Under the pieces are notes generated by a model. That model was not told the origin of the DNA and made no database searches. It saw only the letters and a program-made list of their open reading frames with translations. A DNA stretch of 64,000 nt from Zygnema circumcarinatum SAG 698-1b. Its lineage: Eukaryota > Plantae > Zygnematophyceae. This document shows, piece by piece, positions 25,428-35,200 of the stretch (position 1 is the stretch's first letter; each line of letters opens with the position of its first letter). Where the stretch lies: NCBI GenBank assembly GCA_037447605.1, contig CM074812.1, forward strand, positions 558,001 to 622,000. The letters run 5' to 3'. The position numbers and the translations under genes are program-made.

Positions 25428-26558
25428 GGACTGCGCGAAACCCTACAAACTCGAAGCACACAAAAACCCAAAACCATAAATCTCAAAACTCAAAAGTAAC
25501 AACGACCCAAATCATTTAACCCTAAATTAGAATGGCCCAAATAAAGGATTAAAGATTTTCAAGTGTTAAAAAACTTGGAATTTTTTTAAAAGGCTGTGCA
25601 GGCGGACAGAGGGAACCCTAATAGTTTCCAAAGGTCTCCAATTTAAGTGGAAGGGAGAGATTGGGCCGAGAGGAAAAAATGGAATCACGCTTTGGAAACC
25701 AACGAGGTATCAACTTTTGCATGACGTGGACAAAAAAACGAATCGGATTGGTCAGCTATATTGTCAAGAGCGAGTTCAAAAGTGAAGGTCAACAGTTCCA
25801 GACGGGATCACGATCCGATTCAATGTACCGGAACTCATACGATCCACTCAATCGTCAATCGGATCCATTTTCGTGGACCTTTTTTGGCATGATGCTGACA
25901 TGGAAACGTGGCACACTTCTGACACAAAGCGCCAACTTTTTCTTGTCAGGGAATCTCCACTTTTGTACGTATCTGTGTAATGTTCGAGCTGGAAAGTACG
26001 GAAGTCGTGTCCTTTCGATGATTTTATTTGTCGCTTTTAGAAAGTGCAATCTTTCGCTGGCACACGACACGTAAAAACGACAAAAGCTGTTGACTCGGGA
26101 TTCTTTTTTGTATGGTAGCGGGAAGAGCCGTACGAAGGAGGCGTCAACAGGTAAAGCGTCCAAGGTAGGAGCCCCGTGGCACTCAACTATTTGCCGGTGA
26201 CAAAAATATTCTGACGCATTGGGATTGCAATTTTGTCGTTTTTGGGAGTGACTTTAAGGCACTTGCCACCTGTGCCAGCCTGCTAACTGCAACGTACAAA
26301 ACTGAACACGGGCAGATCGGCGCGTTGTGTTGAAAAACGGAACTGCGAGCACATATATCGGTTCTACGACGTGGATTGCGTGACGGCAAGGTTGCTCGCA
26401 TGCCTCCTCTAGTCATGTCACGCCACGTCAACATAGTCTCTAAATTTGCTCAGATTCAGGGTTTAAGAAAAAATGGGTCACAAGTCACGCGAACACACGC
26501 CAACAAATTTTGCTTCCGAAGCGTAAATCCAAAATTCCAAAATACAAAATGACGACTC

Positions 26559-29101
26559 TCACATGAACTCCATCGGTCTCCGAGAGTCACTCTCCCTCCC
26601 TCTCTCTCTTCCCTCCCTCCTCCCGCTCTCCTCTCTCCCTCTCTCTCCTTTCTCCTCCCTCTCTCTCTCCTCTCTCCCTCTCTCTCCTCCCTCCTCCCTC
26701 CCTCTCTCTCTTCCCTCCACCCTCCCTTGCAACGCTCGCGTGCCCTTCGTTAAGCCCAACTTCCCTCCTCCGTTTCTAGGGTTTCCAAAATTAGGGTTGT
26801 CGAAATTCCCCTCATTTTCCACCCCTCTCTTGCGCGCTTCGTCCCCATAAAATCGACTTCCTGAAGTGGAATTTTCCGGCAACCCTAAAAACTCAGTCGG
26901 GTTTTTTGCTGCAAACCAGTTCGGAGGTTCCACTTCTTCCGCCGTCACGTCCACAAAAGGAGATGCCTTCTTCTTCTTGATCTCTATCCCTCCTCCTCTC
27001 TCTCTCCCATAGTCAAAACCCTCTCCCTCTATCCTACCCCTCGGCTCCCTGAACCCTAATCCCTCTTCACCAAAAGCCGGAGGTTCTAATACTGCAAACT
27101 CCGCCACAGATTCGTGGTTTCCCTGGTCGACTAAAAACTCATCACTTAGTTTTTTTAGCTTCGTTTCAAACCTAAGTAAGGGCTCCTTCTCCACCTTGAA
27201 TCTCTCATAATCAACGGTTCCCCCGAGCCTTGCACCCCTCCCTCTCTCTCCCTCTCTCTCCGTCTCTACCATTCCTCTCTCACTCCTGCGCACAGCCACC
27301 CTCTCCCACCCTCTCTCTACCTCTCCCCCTCTCCCTCCCACCACTCTCTCCCTCTCACTCTCAAGCTTCCGAGCCCCCCCTCTCCATAGCTCCCTCTCTT
27401 CCGAAACCCTCCCGAAAGCCCCACCTTCTTTTTCAAAACTCTGTAACTTGCTACCACTGTCTACACTCGAATTATATGCAGTATTTACATTGTTTAATGA
27501 AGGATTATTTATGTTTAATGGAGGCCCTTTTTGATTAAAATCTGACCTATTCCTCCGCTGCCTTCCTCTGTAAGGGGGAGGCTGCCCTCCTTCGGAGTTT
27601 CGGCCAAAAGTTAGGTCATTGAAAAGAAGCTGCTCCACAAGGCCCTGTGAAGGGAGCAGTAGGAGGCGAGTGAGGGAGAGGGCAGAGAGAGAGAGAGAGG
27701 GAGGGAGAGAGAGAGAGGAAGGGATGGGAGGGTGAGGTAGAGAGAGAGATGCGAAGGGAGGAGCGGGGGAGGAGAAAGGAAGTGGGAGAAAGAGGAGAGA
27801 CGGGAGAGGGAGAGGAGGGTTGGAAGAACCCTCCTAAAAAGACAGGGAGAGAGAGAGAAGAAAGAGGGAGAGAGAGAGGAGGGAGAGTTACAGAGAGAGA
27901 GAGAGAGAAATAGAGAGGGAGAGGCCACCTTTGTCAATTGGCACCATTGTCGATCAAAATCCTCTCGAACGGTGATTTGTCCGGGCAGGGAGGAAAGGAT
28001 TGCTGTTATAGGGAGGGAGAACGTGCTCATCTGACCGGAAAAAAAAAAGTCGAAGAGGGGAGCGAGGACGGAGAGGAGGGAGAGAAAGGGCGGAACCAAT
28101 CAGATTTCTCCAAATTAGGTTTAATTTCAAACACCCAAGTTGTATGCTTTATTATGACTATTTTTTTCTGAAAAACCCCTTTGTCATCTCCAACCCCATA
28201 CCCTTTCCACATAGAGTTTAGAACTCAGTGAGGGGAGAATGGAGGAAAGACAAAACAAACATAAGGGGAATTCCGGGCAGACCCAAAAAACAAAAAAAAC
28301 ATTTCTCTTACCAAAGCTGCAGGAATGATCGGAATTCCAAATTCATCCAGTACTAAAGATGCGATTTTTCCGTCTTCCGGGCAGAAAGAAAAGTCCCGGA
28401 CCTGCCCCAACCCCCTTATTTTGTTCGTTTAGGGTTTGAACAAGACCAAGAAATGTAAAGAATGAAAGAGTGGAAAAAAATGAACAAGAATTCTGCACAT
28501 ATTTCAAGTGGATGATTGGATGCTGTTGCTCGGAGTGCTGGTGGAGAGAGAGAACACTTGAGAGAGGGAAGGGGAGAGAGAGGAGAGAGAGAGAGAGAGA
28601 GAGAGAGGGAGGCGGGGGGAGAGGAGGTAGAGAGAGAGAGGGGAGAGGGAAGCGAGGGAGAGAGAGAGAGAGAGAGAGAGCTCTACTCTACCTTCCCCAG
28701 ATAGCGACCGCTTTTGGTTACGATATCAGAGCCCACCTGTACCCATCATATCCCATGATGCCATGTGACGTGACGTGACGTGACAAGACGTGACAGTTGC
28801 AGAGACAGGCAAAAGTGCACAGACGGAAAATCCTGAATCTTTTAAAATCGATAAAAAAGCCTCAAATGCGGGATTTTCATGGCTAATAAAGTAATGTTAC
28901 TCACTGAATTGAAGCTTCTTCTTTTGCTTTCTTATCCAATATGTGACTGCATGCGACATTTCTTGAAAAAGGGAGAGAGAATATTCCTACCAAGACATCC
29001 AGGGCGATAAGATTTGTCCTTTCTGCAATAGCTGCCTCCGACTCGACGAGGAGAACATCACCGATCTGCGGGAGACCAGAGAGATGAGGGGGAGAGGGGG
29101 G

Positions 29102-29151
<50 letters not shown>

Positions 29152-30029
29152 AGAGAGAGAGAGGGAGGAAGAGAGAGGGAGAGAGGGAGAGTGGGAGAGA
29201 GAGAGAGAGGGAGTGATAGGGAGGGAGAAAGAGAGGGAGGGCGAGAGAGGGAGAGATAGGGAGAGAAAAAGCGAGTGAGAGCGGAGAGAGAGTGTTCCAG
29301 TGGCAGCAGTTCCTAGCAGCCATGTGGCCATGAATGCCAAAACCAATAAAATCCTAAAAGCCGCTGACTGTACTCCCCCATATCGTGTTTTTTTATTTTT
29401 ATTTTTGGAATTTTCCATATCGACTTTTTTTTTTTAAGGAGAAGGGTTGACCTGCGCGATGCTGGGGAGGAGAATGACCTCCTTTGGGCCAATCAGGAGG
29501 CTTTGTCTCACGTGTAAAGCCACCACCTCCCACTGCCACATGGCACGCTTGAGAACAAAATCAGCCACTAACGCAACGCACAAACTTGCCCGCAACCCTG
29601 AACCCGAAACCCTAAACCCTAAAATTTCAAAACCCTAAATCCTCGGCTCACCTTGCCGACGTCCACCCAGAGCTGCGTGACGAGTCCCAGCACGCTGCCA
29701 CGTGTCCTCGTGACCACTTGTCGGGCCACCAGCGCCGACCGGAGGAGCTCCACGCGGGGGGGCCAGTGAGGGGACGCGCTCGCACGTGTGACGAATGGGG
29801 ACGCACCACGTGGCGCGAGGAAGGGGGGGCTGACGAGGCGCTTCCCGGCGCCATTACCGGCGGTGAGGGAGAAGGTTCCAGGAAGCAGCACGAAGGAGCG
29901 GGAGAGAGGGGAGAGGGGAGAGGGAGAGGAAAGGAAGCGAGAGGGGAGAGAGAAGGAGGGCTCAGAGCGCTCAGAATGGTGGAAGGGAAGGACAAGCTGC
30001 CACGTGGCGCAAGGGCTGGACGACGCCAT
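26559..30029 (-). CDS. Plastid-targeted PRC-barrel domain protein (cyanobacterial-type tandem PRC barrels)
   Basis: Exons 30029-29652, 29532-29452, 29065-28991, 28736-28692, 28401-28312, 28030-27929, 27644-26559, all phase 0. Spliced: LLRSALVARQVVTRTRGSVLGLVTQLWVDVGK-WEVVALHVRQSLL...SIAQ-IGDVLLVESE...-VGSDIVTKSGRYLGK-VRDFSFCPEDGKIASLVLDEFGIPIIP. Ser-rich transit-peptide-like N-terminus. The long last exon could hide an intron. Confidence 0.85.
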
Positions 30030-30109
30030 GGCTGTTCTCTCGAGGGAGCGGGACTATGGAGTGAATTGTTTACAGTACATTATGCTTACAAAACTGGGTC
30101 ATGTCACAA

Positions 30110-30191
30110 GCGTTCATGCCGGAGTGGTTAACGGGACAGACTCGAAATCTGTTGGGCTCTGCCCGCGCAGGTTCGAATCCTGCTGAACGCG
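30110..30191 (+). tRNA. trnS-CGA: tRNA-Ser(CGA)
   Basis: Acceptor stem GCGTTCA/TGAACGC plus discriminator G. D-loop GGAGTGGTTAAC. Anticodon stem ACAGA/TCTGT with loop CT-CGA-AA. Long variable arm GGGC-TCT-GCCC. T-arm GCAGG-TTCGAAT-CCTGC. TTTT terminator at +4. Confidence 0.97.
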
Positions 30192-30247
30192 CTCTTTTGC
30201 TTCCCTCGTTAGTCTTTCAGCGGCTCTGCCACGTTTTGTGTACGCGG

Positions 30248-30570
30248 CGACTTCCGATTGGGCCATGCACTTTCGCGCTGGACATCGACCATACATAACA
30301 TACATGCATATATGAATGCATGACGCACACTTTCTCTAATGGCACTTCTTTTTCGTAATCACATTAGTAAGGTTTTAAACAATTGAAACCCGAAAAAAAT
30401 TATCGTCTTGGACCTTACATGTAGAATGGGACCACCCATGACATGTGTTGCCTTCTCAACATTGGCCCTTTTGTTCAGTGCCTGCCTTATGCATAAACAT
30501 TGTTCCACAAGGGGGACCATGGGACCGCCAACCATTGGATGGCCAATGATGGGACACTCCAATGGTTCGA
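30248..30570 (+). repeat. ~320-bp dispersed direct repeat, copy A (copy B at ~31719-32035)
   Basis: Shared blocks include CGACTTCCGATTGGGCCATG, TTTAAACAATTGAAACCCGA, AATGGGACCACCCATGACATGTGTTGCCTT and GGGGGACCATGGGA.CGCCAACCATTGGATGGC. Confidence 0.85.
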
Positions 30571-31335
30571 ACGGTCAAACTGTCTGGTCACAATCTGATT
30601 TAGTCACCTGGCATTAGTCAGAAGGCCTCCCTCAGAACATGGCATGGTTGGCGCTCTGTTGCTGCGTGCCAATGGTTGGCTCACACTCCAGATGGTTCCC
30701 ACATGTTGTGGTCTTGGCCCTCATGTGCATTTCATGGCCATGCCTATCTGAGACCAATGCCAATCTAGTCTTCTTTTTCCAATGCTCACCTGTCAATTGA
30801 AGCGCTGTATTTTCTTCTCTGTCAGCTGCAACTCGACCACTGTAACAAGCCGTGAGCCCAAATGCTCCCAGCTTGCTAGTGGAAACCACTTGAGTATTGT
30901 AATGCTGGTTTCTAGAGCGTATGCAAGTACCACCTCCCCCACATCCCTTTGGTGCCCTAATAGCGATGGTGCGTGCATGAGTCCTCCCGCCCTAGCGGAG
31001 GATGGCCCCTTGCGGCTCCCCCAGGTCGCAGGAGCCTCCTTACAATCGGCGAGCCATGAGGTTGGCATGTACCAACTTGTTGTTGTGAACTTGGGCAAGG
31101 AATGGTCTATGAGAAAAAAAGGAGAGCAAAAATTGAAGTCGATGTGTGGCACAGTAAGGAGCGTAGAGGCGAGGACGGCAACGCTAGAAATAGAGAGGTT
31201 GGGAGTGACACGTAGTTTCTAGAAACAACTTATACATGAATAAAAAGTAATAACTTTTTACTTAAGGACAAAAGCTGAAGAATAAAAAAACTTATTAAAA
31301 ACGAAACAGTAAACGTTCGTGTTGCGATTATACCT

Positions 31336-31453
31336 AGGTGCGATCATACCTAGGTTACTACGCCGGATCCCATCAAAACTCCGCAGATAAGCGCCTGTGG
31401 GCCGGAATAGTACTGGGATGGGTGACCTCCCGGGAAGTCCCGGTGTCGCACCC
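31336..31453 (+). rRNA. rrn5: 5S rRNA (single dispersed copy)
   Basis: 118 nt: AGGTGCGATCATACC...CCGGATCCCATCA.AACTCCGCAG.TAAGCG...AGTACTGGGATGGGTGACCTCCCGGGAAGTCCCGGTGTCGCACCC. Helix I (GGTGCGA/TCGCACC) pairs. T-rich terminator follows. Confidence 0.93.
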
Positions 31454-31480
31454 ACCGTTCTTTTTCTTTCGTGTATTTCT

Positions 31481-31627
31481 GCGTTGGTTGGTGGTGACAC
31501 GAGTCCCACTAAACACCCATTTGTTGTACCCATGTTACCCACCATTTTTTTTTCTTTTGTGTTATTTCTACGTTGGTTGGTGGTGGCACGAGACCCACTA
31601 AACACCCATTTGTTGTACCCATGTTAG
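31481..31627 (+). repeat. Two copies of a ~55-bp unit (period ~88 bp) downstream of the 5S gene
   Basis: CGTTGGTTGGTGGTG.CACGAG.CCCACTAAACACCCATTTGTTGTACCCATGTTA occurs twice. Confidence 0.8.
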
Positions 31628-32220
31628 CTCGCCTCTACGTATTTTGGTTTTCATTCCAATAGCGCCTGCCTAAAGAAAGCTGCAGTGGAGCAGTATGCTC
31701 ATGTTCAACAACAACAGACGACTTCCGATTGGGCCATGTTCTTCTCGCGCTGAACACCGACCATACATACATGTATGTATGTATGACGCACTCTTTCTCT
31801 TATGGCACTTCTTGTTCGTAAACACATTTGTAAGTTTTTAAACAATTGAAACCCGATTTAATTACTGTCCTGGACTTTTCATTGTACAATGGGACCACCC
31901 ATGACATGTGTTGCCTTTTCAACATTGGCACTTTGTTCAGTGCCCGTCCTATGCATGAACATTGTTCCACAGGGGGGACCATGGGATCGCCAACCATTGG
32001 ATGGCAATGGTTGGACGCTCCAATGGTTCGGAGCCATTGGCAATGGTTGGCATCCAATGGTTCCGACCATTGGCAATGGTTGTCTGGATCATGAAACAAT
32101 GGTTGGCAACCATTGAATCCAATGGTTGGTCCCATGCCCACCATTGAATCCAACGGTTGATCCCATGCTCCGGCCTGCGCATTGTTCAGCTCTTCTGAAA
32201 GGGAGAGATCTCCACGTCGT

Positions 32221-32450
32221 TCTATGTTCCTCCAGAACCAGTGCAGTTCTTGTTCAACTGTGATAGAACGGCGAGTTTCCGTGTTACGGTCAACTGTACG
32301 AAACGAGCCGAGTCCCAGGCCCCCATCTCGAATCGTCTATGTTCCTCCAGAACCAGTGCAGTTCTTGTTCAACTGTGATAGAACGGCGAGTTTCCGTGTT
32401 ACGGTCAACTGTACGAAACGAGCCGAGTCCCAGGCCCCCATCTCGAATCG
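32221..32450 (+). repeat. Perfect 115-bp tandem duplication
   Basis: 32221-32335 is identical by eye to 32336-32450 (TCTATGTTCCTCCAGAACC...CCCATCTCGAATCG). Confidence 0.9.
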
Positions 32451-32544
32451 GCGCGGGTCACGTGTCCAACTCAGCTCTCAACAAGTCATCACTTCTTGGA
32501 ATCGCGCCAAGTGGCAGGGAGACTGCTGGCAGTGCTTTCTACTT

Positions 32545-32742
32545 GCCACGTGGCAAAATATTAGAGGCTGCGGTGTCTCACGTGGCAAATAGCCATAGTC
32601 CTTGGCAGCTACGTGGCAAATAGCCAGCGACTTTAGCAACCACGTGGCACATGACCTGCGACATTGGCCGCCACGTGGCAAATAACCAGCGATTTTGGCG
32701 GCCACGTGGCAAACAAACAGAGGCTTTGACTGCGACGTGGCA
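32545..32742 (+). promoter_or_regulatory. Array of seven ACGTGGCA (ABRE/G-box) cores at a 31-bp period
   Basis: Cores start at 32548, 32580, 32611, 32642, 32673, 32704 and 32735; five are full CACGTG. They lie 265-450 bp upstream of the ATG at 33000. Confidence 0.7.
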
Positions 32743-32999
32743 GGGTCTGAGTTTTCCATCGTTCGGTCTTGGAAGCCTCCAAGAATTTGGAGCTTGTTCA
32801 TGTTCGGTTTAAATTTTCATACTAATTTCTGAAAAATAATCTCAATTTTGGTCCGAGGACCAACATAAAGGGCCACCTCCTCTCTTGCAGGTCTTGCACT
32901 TAAAGCTCTGCAGTTTGGCTGACTCTTCGATCAAGAATTTCATTTCTTGAAAATCCTTTTCTGCTTTTTGAGGAGAAAGCAGCAGCACAGCTTCTTGCA

Positions 33000-33885
33000 A
33001 TGGCAGCCATGGCGGTCCAGGCCATGAACATGCGTCTTGCAGGGTCGCCGCTTAGCGCTCCTCGTTCCCTCGCAAGCACAGGCTGCTCTTGCAAGCGCTC
33101 TCCAGCAGCAAGGCTGCCTCCTGTCAGATGCAGCGCAAATGAGGTGAGGAAAGACGAGCATCCTTGAATATAAAATCATTATTTTTGACGTGTTCTCGCT
33201 ATAAAGAGTTTTGTTCTTGTTTTACTCATTCATTCATCGAGATTTTTTCTGCCAATGTTTGAATTCATCCGTAGCTTCACGCTGGAAGCCGACCTGCAAC
33301 CCTACATTCCTTGGCAGGATGGATGCAGGTTCCGTGTTCTTGAATACTATGAAAGCTCACAAATGAAAGCAAATGATTTGCAAAATGTTCTCCTTTTGTC
33401 TGCAGTTTTTTTTTTCTTTTTTGCCTTCGGATTCAGATCTCACTCCCTTGGTAGCTTCTGTGTTAAGCCTGCTCCTAACAAAACCCCTCTAAATTTGATA
33501 TTCTTGGCAGGATGAGGCCTCCAACCGACCAGTGAAACTGGCTGTTGCAGCTGCTTTTGCAGCTTTAGCAGTCGGCAATGCGCAGGCCGCATCCATCGCC
33601 GACATCGCCGGTCTTCCTGAAGCCATTCAACAAAAGAAAGAAGAAATCAAGAGCAACAGTTCCCAATATGCGGATGTTGGCAAGCGTTTCAGTGATGGAA
33701 TTGCTGCGAAGGTTGGATACGGCGAGTCTTCAAAGGGCGAGAGAGACGACCAAGTTGAAGCCCTTGAGAACGCGCCGGAGGGAGCATTCAACCTTGGAGC
33801 GAGACCGAGTCAGTCTAATAGTACCAACTTTGGGCAAACCGGCGATGTTGAAGGCGAGTTTGGTACGCAGAATGTTGGAAGGTAA
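33000..33885 (+). CDS. Unknown protein with bipartite plastid + thylakoid-lumen targeting signal
   Basis: Exons 33000-33143 and 33511-33885 (phase 0, ~172 aa). Ser/Arg/Ala-rich transit peptide ending VRCSA, then K-LAVAAAFAALAVG-NAQA|A (hydrophobic core plus A-X-A site), then a hydrophilic mature region. The AG|GTAA at 33882 could be a donor, so the C-terminus may extend further. Confidence 0.75.
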
Positions 33886-35200
33886 AATGTCCGAGCGTTA
33901 AAAAGAAAAGAATGCTGAAAATGTGCTGTAGTTTATAATCTTTTGTGAATGTTTTTGCAAGCAAATCGCAGTTCTTGCAGGGGATAGAAGGCGCAGTTTT
34001 GCCGCAGAACTATTCACCGATATGGTCTGCTGTTTTGGGGCGGAGTAGAACTGGCAAGACAATTTCAAATGTAACTGCTTAGCTCCTTTTTTCGCCTTCA
34101 TTTCCCTTGCCTTCGTTGTTTCTTTTTTCTTCCTTTCAGTAAATATCTGTTCACTTTCCTTTTTGTTTTTTTGTAACCATCGCTGAGGCTTTGATTTCAT
34201 CCGTGAAATTGAGAGAATGATGCTTTCCTGTTTCTGCATGCCTCCTCTCATTGTCGAGAAGGCAGGGCACGTGTCCGTACAGCCCTGGTTCCTGCTTGAG
34301 AGGTTGAGTTGTGCCAGCCGCTGCCCTCTTTATTTCAGCTCGTGAGAGAGAGCAAAGCTGAGAGAGGCGAAGGGCTCGCATGGCGATAGAATGCTTGATG
34401 AGGTCGTGTGTGAGTCGACTGGGCTTATGATGCCAGTCGTTTTTTAGGTTTTCATCCCTCGTAATCGCAAATGAATGAATGCAGTGAATCTTCTTGTGCT
34501 CCTATCGCTCTCCCACTCCCCATCCCCTTTCTCCAACTCTCTCCCTTCCTTGTCCTCGCCCCCTCCTTAGCAGCATTCCTCCACTCTCGACTACTCAAGT
34601 TCATATTATATCAAAGCACTGAAATCTCTCGATCTTAAGTAAAGGAGAAACGAGTGCAAAATCAGCAAGTTATTACTTGTGGTAATTTTACCCAAAAATG
34701 AAGAGTTAGCATATGTTCACACAATCAAAATTCAAGACTTCAAAAATTTTTGAACTCTTATTCTCGTTGTTCTAAATATGAAGAATTCTTGAGAGCAAGA
34801 TGGCGGAGGCTTCAACTTGACCTTGTGCAACCGTCCTCACGTACGAGCCGGTTCGCATATGACGTCAGTGTCGAAGGAGGGCGCCATGGCGGACTGAAAA
34901 GATTCATCCTCCCCTTGAAAAGGACGCGGGGGCGACCTGCAGCCTTTGAAAAGGCCTCGCCGCCGAAACCCTAAACTTGGTAAATACCTCTTTGGTCGCC
35001 ATTGGCTGAGGGTTTGGCAGACACCGAGAGAAGAGCAGTCAGCAGACGAGTTTTTAAGCTGCGGAGGGAGAGAGAGGGGGGACTCCATCCCCTCAAATTG
35101 CCCCCATGGAAACCCTAAAACCCCTTCAAATCCGTACACAAGCCTGTGATATCATGAACCCTCTAAACCCTAATTTCCCTTCAACCCTAAAAGAAAACCG

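Noticed and set aside
30793-31152. 119-aa minus-strand ORF between the tRNA and 5S
   Set aside because: No recognisable motif or splice model.
30248-32035. Cassandra/TRIM retrotransposon (5S plus direct repeats)
   Set aside because: Cassandra carries 5S inside each LTR. Here a single full 5S lies between the repeats, with no TG...CA ends, PBS, PPT or TSD found.
32545-32742. CRISPR-like appearance of constant cores with variable spacers (also the 34-bp array at 35607)
   Set aside because: Eukaryotic context, a core of only 8 bp, spacers that are mutually homologous, and no cas genes.
34151-35139. Possible small minus-strand gene between the lumen-protein gene and MurG
   Set aside because: Open stretches exist, but I could not build a consistent splice model or recognise a product.
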